Shown here in pieces: positions 46,822 through 56,600 of a stretch of 64,000 nucleotides of DNA. Both the position numbers and the translations under genes were made by a program. The notes below the pieces were generated by a model. That model ran no database searches, was not told the origin of the DNA, and was given only the letters and a program-made list of their open reading frames with translations. The DNA is from an uncultured bacterium (GTDB lineage Bacteria; Planctomycetota; UBA8108; UBA1146): positions 24,706 through 88,705 of the forward strand of contig CAJXMG010000004.1 in assembly GCA_913056395.1 (NCBI GenBank), given 5' to 3'. The first letter of the stretch is position 1. Each line of letters begins with the position of its first letter.

Positions 46822-48063
46822 TCAACGGGCCCTGTTTGCCATCGCTGCTTCAATATCTTCGATGGTTTTGGGGATGTTCCCGGTCAGATTGACGGGGCCA
46901 TCGGCGGTAACGAGGATGTCATCCTCAATGCGTATTCCCATCTTTTCTTCCGGGAGGTAGATCCCCGGCTCGATGGTGATGATGGCACCTTCAGGGACGA
47001 TCGTCTCCGGTTGGACATCATGAACCTCGAGTCCAATGGGGTGTCCGATGCCATGGGGGTAAAAATCTCCGAAGCCTGCGTCCGTGATGATCTTTCGCGA
47101 GATGGAGTCCAGCTCAGAATAGGCGATCCCAGGTTTTACTGCAGCGATGGTGGTCTCCATAGACTCGAGGACGATGGAGTAGACTTCTTTCTGGCGATCA
47201 GTGAATCGTCCATTGGCGGGATAGGTTCTTGTCACGTCTGAGCCGTAACCACAGGGGCCTTTTCCGTAACGTGCTCCGCTGTCGATGACGACCAGATCTC
47301 CGTCCTCAACCCGGGCATCGTTGGATCGGTAATGCAGAATTGTCGCATTGAACCCACTGCCGACGATGGTGCCATAAAAGGGGCCTCGGGAGCCATTGGA
47401 GCGATAGGCGTGCTCGGCGGCTTCCTGAATATCAAACTCATTCACCCCCGGTTCGAGGAGATCGAGGATCGCCGCAAATCCCTTTGCTGTGATTTCAGCG
47501 GAGCGCTCGATCATCGCTCTTTCAGCAGCAGATTTGACCGACCGCTGGAGAGGAACCAATCGACTTCCGTCCTTGATGGAAAAACCGGGGAGTCTTTGTT
47601 GCAGTTTCTGGAAAGCTTCGAGGTCAGGCCCCAACGGTTGTTCATGATTGGCGATGGGGTGCAGGCAAATGCCCTGAAGTGAGACCTTGCAGGCATTAAG
47701 CAACATCTGCGGAAATGCTGATGTACGCATGAGAGCCTTGAATCCCATCTTCTTTCGCAACTCGGCATCGATGGGCCCCCGCCAACCATCCCACCTCTCT
47801 AACTCGGGAAGGTGGGGTTCCAGAAACAGAATCTCTCTTCTCGCTGGATTTGAATCTTTCGGATTGAGAAGCAGGATGGCTCCGGGTTCATCGATGATGC
47901 CGGTTAAATACTGGAAATTGAGGTCGGGGTGAAAGTCGTCATGGAGGCCTCCCCCTTTTCCGGCGAAGATCACCGCAGTGGCACCTTCCAGACTTTGAGC
48001 CAGCTGTTCCCGTCTCGCGGTGAACTCCTCCTGGGGGATTTCCAGTAATTCCTGCTGATCCAT
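46822..48063 (-). CDS. Xaa-Pro aminopeptidase (M24B)
   Basis: Start set at MDQQELL. Metal-ligand contexts VVIDSGARY, HGIGHPIGLEVHD, TIEPGIY, IRIEDD. Confidence 0.9.
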   Translation of the reverse strand: MDQQELLEIPQEEFTARREQLAQSLEGATAVIFAGKGGGLHDDFHPDLNFQYLTGIIDEPGAILLLNPKDSNPARREILFLEPHLPELERWDGWRGPIDAELRKKMGFKALMRTSAFPQMLLNACKVSLQGICLHPIANHEQPLGPDLEAFQKLQQRLPGFSIKDGSRLVPLQRSVKSAAERAMIERSAEITAKGFAAILDLLEPGVNEFDIQEAAEHAYRSNGSRGPFYGTIVGSGFNATILHYRSNDARVEDGDLVVIDSGARYGKGPCGYGSDVTRTYPANGRFTDRQKEVYSIVLESMETTIAAVKPGIAYSELDSISRKIITDAGFGDFYPHGIGHPIGLEVHDVQPETIVPEGAIITIEPGIYLPEEKMGIRIEDDILVTADGPVNLTGNIPKTIEDIEAAMANRAR

Positions 48064-48216
48064 GGTGTTTCCTTTGCTAGCTGGGAGATCCCTACATTCG
48101 AAAGTCGGAATCGTAGACCGGAAAGCATTATCGATGATCTGGATGGGCATGGAAGAGGGGGGATGTTCTGGAATGATGCTGACCTGATCTTGCCAAAAGT
48201 GTGAGAGAACAGGAAA

Positions 48217-49485
48217 ATGCGGTGGTTGGAGGAACCGATGAAATCACCACAGATGTTGAGAAGCGTCGCCGGGCTTCTGGCCCTGATCGCAATGTGGCTC
48301 TGCTATTCCCTGCTGTCCATCCATGCCGCCAAGTCACCGGATCTGGGTTTGCTCGCGGGGGTTTGTGGTGATTCGGGAGAGAGTTGCTCTTCTGTGGTCA
48401 ATGGGCGTTGGGGTGTTTTTCCGCCAGGTGAGGAAGGATCAGAGGGCCCCTACGAGGGGATTCCGGTCGCAGGGTTGGGGTTCGTGTACTTCTCTCTTTT
48501 AGCGGGCTGGTACCTGTTGGTCAGTCCGGGAGTTGCACGGGTTCCGAAACTGGCAAGCGCACTCTTCGGTTTCAATGCGCTGGGTCTGCTGGGTTCCATT
48601 GCTTACACCGTGATCATGCTGACGCAGATCGGTACGACCTGTGGCCTCTGTCTGATCAGTCATGGCTGCAATCTTGCCATCTTTGGAATAGGCCTGTTCC
48701 TGAAGAAGCACAGTCAGCATGAGGCAGAAGTGACGGTTTCACTCTCCCGTCATCTGGTGACCGTCGGGATGGTCGTTCTGTGCTGCGCAACGATGGCATT
48801 TCTGATTCATTCTGAAGGTCAATCCCGATCGCGTTTTGTTGCACTGGAGGAGCAATCGAAGGAGTTGATGGAGCTCGCTCAGGATGTGGAAAAGGTGGAA
48901 ACCGCCTATCGCAGTTCTCCGCGAATGTTTGAACAGGATGCCATTCGGGAGGATGACCCGCGGCGTAAGGCGACCGGCGGGTTGCGTTATCAGTTGGTGA
49001 TTTTTTCAGATATTCAGTGCTCCAATTGCGCCAGGTTTGAGGAATATCTGCAGTCGACGATTATGCCGATCTGGAATGGCCATCTTGAAGTGGTATGGAA
49101 GCATCTTCCCAATACTCGTGAACACGAATATGCACAGATTTCTGCCCAAGCCCTTGAGGCTGCAAGGATTCAGGGCAAGTTCTGGGAGCTGGTGGATTAC
49201 CTGTTCGAGAGAAGAAAAGTTCTGGGAACCCTGGACTGGTCTGCGGTTTCTGCAGAGCTGGGATTGGAAACCCGGAAATTTTTGCAGGATATGGAGTCGC
49301 CTGAGGTCAAACGCAGAATCGCCGCGGATGCAGCCCTCGGTCGCAAGGCCGGGGTAAAGGGAACACCGGGAGTATTCCTCAACCGCAGACCTGTGAGTCG
49401 TTTAATGCGCAAAAGTCCCGGTTTCTGGGAGATTCAGGCGGATTCCTTGAGGGAGATTCGGGCCTCCCGAAATCAGGACTGGTAG
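48217..49485 (+). CDS. VKOR (vitamin K epoxide reductase) - thioredoxin/DsbA-like fusion
   Basis: Loop cysteines GVCGDSGESCSSV, membrane CxxC (TCGLCLISH), ~5 TMs, and a C-terminal Trx-fold with DIQCSNCARFE. The start may be 48238. Confidence 0.8.
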   Translation: MRWLEEPMKSPQMLRSVAGLLALIAMWLCYSLLSIHAAKSPDLGLLAGVCGDSGESCSSVVNGRWGVFPPGEEGSEGPYEGIPVAGLGFVYFSLLAGWYLLVSPGVARVPKLASALFGFNALGLLGSIAYTVIMLTQIGTTCGLCLISHGCNLAIFGIGLFLKKHSQHEAEVTVSLSRHLVTVGMVVLCCATMAFLIHSEGQSRSRFVALEEQSKELMELAQDVEKVETAYRSSPRMFEQDAIREDDPRRKATGGLRYQLVIFSDIQCSNCARFEEYLQSTIMPIWNGHLEVVWKHLPNTREHEYAQISAQALEAARIQGKFWELVDYLFERRKVLGTLDWSAVSAELGLETRKFLQDMESPEVKRRIAADAALGRKAGVKGTPGVFLNRRPVSRLMRKSPGFWEIQADSLREIRASRNQDW

Positions 49486-49676
49486 GGACTTTCCTGCCTG
49501 CCCCTGAGTGGGCCGTTGTGTAACTCGATTCAACGAGTAAATTAATAGGTACAGGGCTTTTTGCGAGGTGGTGTGTCCTGCCCGGTGGATTCCTGACCAA
49601 ACCGATTCCGTTTTGGTATGGAACATTTTCGGGCTTCCCATGGACCCAAGGTCGGGTCCTTCCTCACATCAAATTC

Positions 49677-49740
49677 TGTCGTTGACGCATGACATCCCGA
49701 CATCCCGAATTTCTTTTCTTACCCGGCGTCAACGGGACAA
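49677..49740 (+). promoter_or_regulatory. imperfect inverted repeat enclosing a tandem 8-mer, upstream of gene D
   Basis: Arms tgtcgttgacgc (49677-49688) and gcgtcaacgggaca (49727-49740). gacatccc occurs twice in tandem at 49691-49706. The site lies 75-135 nt upstream of the ATG at 49814. Confidence 0.3.
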
Positions 49741-49813
49741 GTGATTTTTAAAATTTGTGGGTACCGGTGTGCAGTTGCATTCGGTGCTCTTTGATTCGCC
49801 CATGAGGTGATTG

Positions 49814-51211
49814 ATGAGGAATGAAATGTTTTCCAGATTCAACGTAGTCGTGGTTTGGCTGGTACTGGTTGTAGGTTTCAGCAGCAAACTGGTTGCACAG
49901 GATCCAACATTTGTTTTCTCCGGTGGAGATCAGTCTGTGGCAGCAGCAGGCGGGCAAGCCAATTTTTCATTGGATGTCAGCTTGGTGCAGTCGACCGGCC
50001 TTCTCGAGGAGACTCGTGGATTCTCATTTTCCGCTGCCCATGATTCTGCGGTGTTGACCGTGGTTCAAGGTGGTACCGGAGCATATGTACCCGAAACATT
50101 GGGTCCTCTGAATACACTCAATGGTGGTGGTGGTCCCGACTTCATCCAGGGAGAGATTTTTCCCAGTGGAGTGACCTGTGGAGTGATCTATGCGTTCACC
50201 GCAGTCACCCAAACGATCACCTTCGATGTTCCCCAGCCGGTGATTCGTATCAACTACCAGACTGTCCCCGGTGCGTTGACCGGTGTCACGGGTGATCTGG
50301 TAACCCAGATCAGTCAGGGCTCCGGCCTGGGTGACCCTCCGACAGCCACAGTGGTGGTGATCGGCGCGGGAACCTCTGCTCCTGCGACTTTTGAGACGAG
50401 CAACATCACGATCCAGACTTCCCCTCCCCTTTCCTTCACCTGCCGCGCGGATGATGCATCTTCTACCTTCAATGGTGCTTCCGGAGAGGGATCTGCGAGT
50501 GTGGGAGTCTCTCTTTTTGAAAATCTGTTACCGGGAGCCAGTGCGAGTTCAACTCAGGGATTCTCGATGGGCTTGTCTTATGACAGCAGCCTATTGACAG
50601 CCTCCGGTGTGAATCAGGGTGCAACCCTTTCTGCACTTGAGGGTGGAACTGGAGCTGAGTTTTTCCAGGTCGATCTTCTGTCTGGCGGACTGACAGTCGG
50701 TGTGATCTACGACTTCCAAGGGCAATCTCTGATCCCTTACGGTTCACCGGATCAGGTACTGAGCATCGATTTCGATACCGTTGCTGCCAGCCTTGCAGGT
50801 ACTGCACCTGGTACGGTGGTCAGTACCACACTGACTCCTGCTGCGGGATTAGGCCCCACCGGAGTGACCTTGGTGATGGTCGTGGATGGAACCTCCGTTT
50901 CCATGACCTCGGAAAGTGGCATCCTGTCATTGACCTCCCTCGGAGGGTTTGACCGCGGTGATTGCAATGCAGACACCCTTTTTGACCTTGCAGACGTCAT
51001 CAAGCTTCTCTCAGTCCTTTTCTCAGGAGACCCTCTGTCCTGTGAAGACGCCTGTGATGGAAATGACGACGAGCTTCTCGATATTGCAGATGCCATCAAG
51101 TTGCTCAGTGTTCTCTTCTCCGGAGACACTCCGCCACCGGGAGCAGGAACCTGTTCTCCGGATCCGGCTGGAATCGCTCTCGACTGCGTGAGCTTCCCGC
51201 CCTGCGAGTAA
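49814..51211 (+). CDS. secreted scaffold-like protein D: 2 cohesin-like modules + dockerin-like C-terminus
   Basis: Signal peptide FNVVVVWLVLVVGFSSKLVAQ. Two ~170-aa modules (GFSFSAAHDSAVL.. / GFSMGLSYDSSLL..). C-terminal double Ca-loop module. Confidence 0.85.
   Translation: MRNEMFSRFNVVVVWLVLVVGFSSKLVAQDPTFVFSGGDQSVAAAGGQANFSLDVSLVQSTGLLEETRGFSFSAAHDSAVLTVVQGGTGAYVPETLGPLNTLNGGGGPDFIQGEIFPSGVTCGVIYAFTAVTQTITFDVPQPVIRINYQTVPGALTGVTGDLVTQISQGSGLGDPPTATVVVIGAGTSAPATFETSNITIQTSPPLSFTCRADDASSTFNGASGEGSASVGVSLFENLLPGASASSTQGFSMGLSYDSSLLTASGVNQGATLSALEGGTGAEFFQVDLLSGGLTVGVIYDFQGQSLIPYGSPDQVLSIDFDTVAASLAGTAPGTVVSTTLTPAAGLGPTGVTLVMVVDGTSVSMTSESGILSLTSLGGFDRGDCNADTLFDLADVIKLLSVLFSGDPLSCEDACDGNDDELLDIADAIKLLSVLFSGDTPPPGAGTCSPDPAGIALDCVSFPPCE
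49904..50941 (+). other. two tandem cohesin-like modules of protein D (about 49904-50416 and 50429-50941)
   Basis: Each has the pattern G-F-S-(F/M)-x-(A/L)-x-(H/Y)-D-S-x-(V/L)-L, then GG(G/T)G(P/A)(D/E)F, then G(V/L)T(C/V)GVIY. Confidence 0.65.
50945..51208 (+). other. dockerin-like module of protein D
   Basis: DCNADTLFDLADVIKLLSVLFSGD and DGNDDELLDIADAIKLLSVLFSGD (nearly identical halves), with tail CSPDPAGIALDCVSFPPCE. Confidence 0.8.
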
Positions 51212-51225
51212 GCAAGAATTGAGAT

Positions 51226-51266
51226 TCCGATGGCCTTCGTGGGTGATCTCTGCGAAGGCCATCGGA
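51226..51266 (+). terminator. stem-loop after gene D (terminator-like, no U-run)
   Basis: 14-bp perfect stem tccgatggccttcg / cgaaggccatcgga with a 13-nt loop. Confidence 0.35.
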
Positions 51267-51435
51267 TTCAAGATAGAATCCGAAGATCCTTATATGTTTT
51301 GGGGCTTCGAAGAATCAGGGCCTGAAGGCCCTGTCGTCAATTTGAGGACCCTCCTTGTCTTTGGGAGGGGAGTGAGCACAGGGGTTCAAATACCCCGAAA
51401 TTTCCGTCCCCCGACGGAAGAAAGAGGAGTTGCTA

Positions 51436-53313
51436 ATGTCGCCCAAACCCTGTTTGAAATCTATTGTGACGGCAGTGCTATTGGTCTTCATGGTGTCGCA
51501 AGTGTCTTTGCTTCAGGGACAGGTTTTTGAAGTTTCATCTCCGAACCCTTCCGTACCTGCGGGTTCCGGGTCTGCCAGTTTCGATCTGGTCTTTTCGATC
51601 GACCAGATCTCTGGAGCTCTCGAGCAGACTTGCGGTTTTCAATTCCAGTACTCCCATGATCCCGCTGTTCTTTCGGTAAGTGGAAACGGAGCCGTCCCTT
51701 CCGGTGATCTGGCTGCCCTCGATGGGGGTAATGGTCCTGGTTTCTTCGATGGGCAAACCTTCCCCACAGGATTCACCGTTGGAACTGTCTTTTCGTTGTC
51801 CTTTTCCGAGACTCTGACCTTCGATGTTCCCAAAGAGGTCATCACCGTCGGTTACACGGCAGTTCCAGCGGCAATTGCCAACCTCTCCCAGGACCTTCTG
51901 ACAGTGGTTTCGATGTCGAACACTTTGGGTTCACCGGTGATCGACAACATCATTTCAAACTGTGCCGGAGGAACCGAAACACTCTTGGGAGCGGATTGCA
52001 CCGTCACCCTGATGCCGGCTCCGCCGCTGGACTTCCAGATCACTACCCCGGATCAGAACCTTCTGGCTTCAGAAGTGATCGCCCAGGGAATCGCGGCAGA
52101 CTTTGAAATCGTGCAGGTCGCAACAGATCCCGCAGATATTACTCCAACGGACGGCTTCAGTTTCGCCTACGGACATGATCCTTCGTTGTTGACCATCGAT
52201 TCTGTGGATCTGGGGGCGGGCCTCTCCGGTTTGGGTGGGGGTGCTGGACCAGAGTTTTTCCAGGGAAGCCTCTTCCCTGCGGGAGCCGCTGTCGGTTGCC
52301 TCTACGACTTCCAGATTCAGGAAACGGTGACCTTTGATTCAGCGATCCTGGTGGCCACTTTCAACTACAGTTCTGCTGGCGGGTTGGCAAATCTGACCAA
52401 TCCGGTGACGACCCAGATTCAGCAATCCACAGTTCTGGGGTCTCCGGCCATCGAGAGTGTTGTGGTGGTCGGTGGGGGAACTGCCATTCAGGCCACCGTT
52501 AACCCGGCTTCGTTTACCATTCAGCCGACACCTGCTTTTACTCTCAGTGCTCCTGATCAGACCGCCTCTTTCTCGCCCACTTCAGGTACCGGCAGTTTTG
52601 ATGTCACCTTTGAACTGTTGGAGGACCCGTCGAATAGTGGGTTCCCCAATGGGACTCAGGGATTCTCCATCGGACTGGGGCACCCTTCCTCATTACTGTC
52701 AGTCACCGGTGGGGGAGCTGCAGGAGTGACTCTGGGCTTGAATGGCGGAAACGGACCCGATTTCTTTGACGTCAATACCTACACAAACGGTATCACTTTC
52801 GGGTGTGTTTACTCATTCACGAATCCAGGTACCAACACGCTCCTTTTTGACGTTGCCCAGCCGCTGGTCTCTGCCAGCTATGAGACGATTCCCGGTGCTT
52901 TCACCGGTCAGCAAAACCCGGTGGTTGTGTCACTCACCAGCAACAGTGGGTTGGGATCTCCTCCTGTGGAGCAGGTTGTGGTTGTCAACAGTCAGTCCCA
53001 AGGCCTCTTTGTTGCCGGGTGCGAGATTGAGTTGGCACCGGGCGGGGGCATCGATCGTGGAGATTGTAATGATGACGCCAACTTTGACATCGCCGACGCG
53101 GTGGTTCTGCTTTCGTTCCTCTTCCTTTCCGGATCCGTCAATTGCCAAAACGCCTGTGACAACAATGATGACGAACAGGTCAACATTGCGGATGCCGTGA
53201 CAGCCCTTTCAGCCCTCTTTACGGGAGGTCCGCCTCCTCCGGGTAATGGACAGTGCGGTCCTGATCCGACCCCCGGAGCCCTCAGTTGCGATACGTTCAA
53301 TTCCTGCCTGTAA
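51436..53313 (+). CDS. secreted scaffold-like protein E: 3 cohesin-like modules + dockerin-like C-terminus
   Basis: aggag lies 8 nt upstream of the ATG at 51436. Signal peptide. Three ~165-aa modules (GFQFQYSHDPAVL, GFSFAYGHDPSLL, GFSIGLGHPSSLL). C-terminal double Ca-loop module. Confidence 0.85.
   Translation: MSPKPCLKSIVTAVLLVFMVSQVSLLQGQVFEVSSPNPSVPAGSGSASFDLVFSIDQISGALEQTCGFQFQYSHDPAVLSVSGNGAVPSGDLAALDGGNGPGFFDGQTFPTGFTVGTVFSLSFSETLTFDVPKEVITVGYTAVPAAIANLSQDLLTVVSMSNTLGSPVIDNIISNCAGGTETLLGADCTVTLMPAPPLDFQITTPDQNLLASEVIAQGIAADFEIVQVATDPADITPTDGFSFAYGHDPSLLTIDSVDLGAGLSGLGGGAGPEFFQGSLFPAGAAVGCLYDFQIQETVTFDSAILVATFNYSSAGGLANLTNPVTTQIQQSTVLGSPAIESVVVVGGGTAIQATVNPASFTIQPTPAFTLSAPDQTASFSPTSGTGSFDVTFELLEDPSNSGFPNGTQGFSIGLGHPSSLLSVTGGGAAGVTLGLNGGNGPDFFDVNTYTNGITFGCVYSFTNPGTNTLLFDVAQPLVSASYETIPGAFTGQQNPVVVSLTSNSGLGSPPVEQVVVVNSQSQGLFVAGCEIELAPGGGIDRGDCNDDANFDIADAVVLLSFLFLSGSVNCQNACDNNDDEQVNIADAVTALSALFTGGPPPPGNGQCGPDPTPGALSCDTFNSCL
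51523..53037 (+). other. three tandem cohesin-like modules of protein E (about 51523-52014, 52024-52524, 52534-53037)
   Basis: Same internal signature as the D modules (GGNGPGFF, GGAGPEFF, GGNGPDFF). Confidence 0.65.
53047..53310 (+). other. dockerin-like module of protein E
   Basis: DCNDDANFDIAD..LLSFLF and DNNDDEQVNIAD..ALSALF, with tail CGPDPTPGALSCDTFNSCL. Confidence 0.8.
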
Positions 53314-53362
53314 GGTGGGTTTGAGAGATTGTTAGTCGATCAGTTTCTCTGATCTGCTTCAT

Positions 53363-53394
53363 GACCCGACCTGTCTAAAGTGACAGGTCGGGTC
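53363..53394 (+). terminator. stem-loop after gene E (terminator-like, no U-run)
   Basis: 13-bp perfect stem gacccgacctgtc / gacaggtcgggtc with loop taaagt. Confidence 0.35.
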
Positions 53395-53647
53395 CTGAAC
53401 TCTGCTCTGCTGACGTTAACCCAGCCCCTGAGCAGTAATTGCTCGTAGTCTCTCCCTCGAATACGATGGGGTGGTCGGACTATGAGGCTCTTGTTGTAAA
53501 AAAAACGATTGAAGACGAAACCTGCGAATGTTTGCAGAGTTCTCGATTTGATCAGTCTTCATTTCGACAACTTCAGGTCGTTTTTGCAACGCGTGTCGCC
53601 TTTTAGATTTCTGTCAGATCCTGCTCTTTTCGTGAGGTAGATTTTTC

Positions 53648-56600
53648 ATGAGGTTCAGTTTCAGAAACTCTCTATTCATGCTCACTCTCCTTCTTGCCCC
53701 CTTCTGTGTTTCAATTTCTGCACAGGGGCAGGCACCGCAGGAGGATTCCCTGGCCCGTCATTACCATCCAGCCACTGGGAAACTCCATTTTCTGGGTGGA
53801 TTGAATCATTCCCCTCTGGGACTGCCGAAAGGGATCACTCCTGACCTTGAAGATCCGTTGCAGGCCCTGCGTATTTACGGTGCTGAGTTTGGAATTCGCT
53901 ACCCGGAGGTTCAACTCCAGTTGTTGCGTACAGAAAAGTGCAACGTGGGTCAGATCCATCACACTTTCCAACAGGTTTACCGCGGAGTGGAAGTGTTGAC
54001 CGGAAATATCAAGGTCCACTTGAAAGCGGATGGTACTCCTCTCTCCATCAACGGAGATTTTTACTCTGTACCCAAAAAGTTGGAGATCGCTCCGAAGATC
54101 GGTTCCGAGCAGGCTTTGGAGCTTGCTGCACGTGAATTGAAGCAAGAACTTCTGATCGAGACCGATCAGCCGCGCCTCGTCATCGTCAACCCGGGTTGGT
54201 ACGGCGATGATCCCATCGATCAGCCGGTCCTCGCTCATCATCTGGTCGCCGAGGGTGACGGAATGATGGCGAAAAACATTCTGGTCGATGCAAGAACAGG
54301 AGTGGTCCTCGATCACTGGCCCGCAGTCCACAGTGCTCTTCTCAGAGAGATCTATGACGGCGCCGGTGGAGGAGGCCTTCCTGGAACCCTCGCCAGAACC
54401 GAGGGATCTCCTGCCAGCGGAGATCTGGATATCGACAACTCCTACGACACTTGCGGGGATCTGTACCGAGTCCTTTCCGATTCACTCGGAAGAGACAGCC
54501 TCGATGGCAATGGCAGCCCCATGATCATCACCGCCAATTGGAGCAGCAACATTTGCCCCAATGCCATTTGGAATGGATCGCAGGGAGCCTTCTGCAATGG
54601 GTTGGGGACCGACGACATCATTGCCCATGAGTTGGCTCATGGCCTGACCCAGTTCACCGCAAACCTGATCTACCAAAACCAGTCGGGTCAGTTGAACGAG
54701 GCGATGTCTGACATCTTTGGTGAGGTGATTGACCTCTACAACGGAAACGCTTCCGTAGCCGGAACCCCCGGAGGAACTCCCTGGCCGGTCCCAGGTACCA
54801 GTGGCTCGGGTCTCGATACCCCAAACACACCGCGTACCGGATGCAGTGACGGATCAGCACGCTGGAGAATGGGAGAGGAATCTTCCATCGGTGCCATCCG
54901 CGACATGTTCTACCCGGAGTGTTTCAATGATCCTCCGAGCACGACGGACCCACTTTACAACCAGAATGCCTGCGGTCCCTTCGACAATGGAGGGGTTCAT
55001 ATCGGCAGTGGTGTTCTGAACCATTCCTTCGCCATGTTGGTGGATGGCAAGACCTACAACGGACAGACCATTACCCCGATTGGCATGACCAAGGCTACTG
55101 CGGTCTACTTCCGTGCTCTTTCAGTCTACATGACGGAGGGAACCAGCTTCCCCCAGGCAGAGATTCATATCAATCAGGCTGCCGCAGATCTGATCAACAC
55201 CAACCCCATCGATCCACGCACCGGCGTGGGTGGAGGAGTTTTCACCCAGGCAGATGCGGACATCGTTGCTTCGGTGATGACAGCAGTGGGCATGTCCGAG
55301 CTGGTTTGTGGTCAGGTACCTCCTGGTCCTCCCCCGGCCAATGACAACTGCGACGCTGCTGTTCCGGTTTTCCTCGGACTGAATGACGTCGACAGCAACA
55401 ACGCCACCACTGGTGGTCCCGCACCTGACGACACTGCTTGCCCGGGCACCTTTATCGGTGATTGTGGCAATGATGTCTGGTACAGCTACACCGCCCCGGA
55501 GAACGGGCTTTTGAGTGTGAGCCTGTGCAGTATCGTCAGCTGGGATACTGACCTGCAGATCTTCGACGGAAACTGTGGTGCCCTAAATCTGATCGCCTGC
55601 AACGGTGACTTTGGGGGTTGCTCCACTTTCACCTCACAAGTCGACAACGTGCCCGTGATCGGCGGCAGTAACTACCTGATCCGTGTTTCCTCCTGGAGTG
55701 ATGGAACCACTGGAACAGGTCAGATGGATGTGACCTTTGTTCCCGATTCTGGTCCAGGTGTAGAGAACTGCACCAACGGAGTGGACGACGACGCCGACGG
55801 TCTCGTCGACTGTGAAGACGCTGACTGTGCAGCCAATCCTGTGTGCATTCCGCCAGCGGCGGGTGACGAGTGTGTCAGTGCGGAAGTCGCCTCTCTGGGA
55901 ACCAATCCGTTCGACAGCACCAACGCCACCACGGGAACCGATCCGATCCCGGATCCTGCGACCTGTAATCAGGGCCTGGGTGACATGCTCGGCGACATAT
56001 GGTTTGAGTATGTACCTGCTGAATCAGGTTCACTCTTCGTGAGTACCTGCTCCCCCGGCAGTTTTGACACCGACCTTGTGGCTTACACCGGATCCTGTGC
56101 TTCATTGACAGTCCTCGCATGCAATGGTGACGTGACGCAAAACACCTCGCCGACTTGTCAGCAGTACTGGTCTGAGTTGACCATCGATGTGATTGCCGGT
56201 GAGACCTACTGGTTCCGTATCGGTGCGTGGGGAACTCCCCATCCTGGTAATGGTCTTCCCGGTCCCGGAGCACTCATTCTTGATCTGACCCCTTCCGGCC
56301 CGGTCGAGGACTGCAGTAACGGATCCGATGACGATGCAGATGGACTCGCAGATTGTGAGGACCCCGATTGCTTGACCGATCCCGCCTGTGTCCCGGCGAT
56401 TCCCGGTGACGAGTGTGACACGGCTGTGGTCGCAGTCCTCGGCTCCAATGCCATCGACACGACAGGTGCAACGACGGGAGCCGACCCCATCGATGACTCG
56501 AACTGTACGGGCACCTTCCTTGGCGAGTTTGTTCAGGACGTCTGGTACCAGTTCACTCCTTCGAGCACCGGCGAGCATGTGATTGCTACTTGTGACACCA

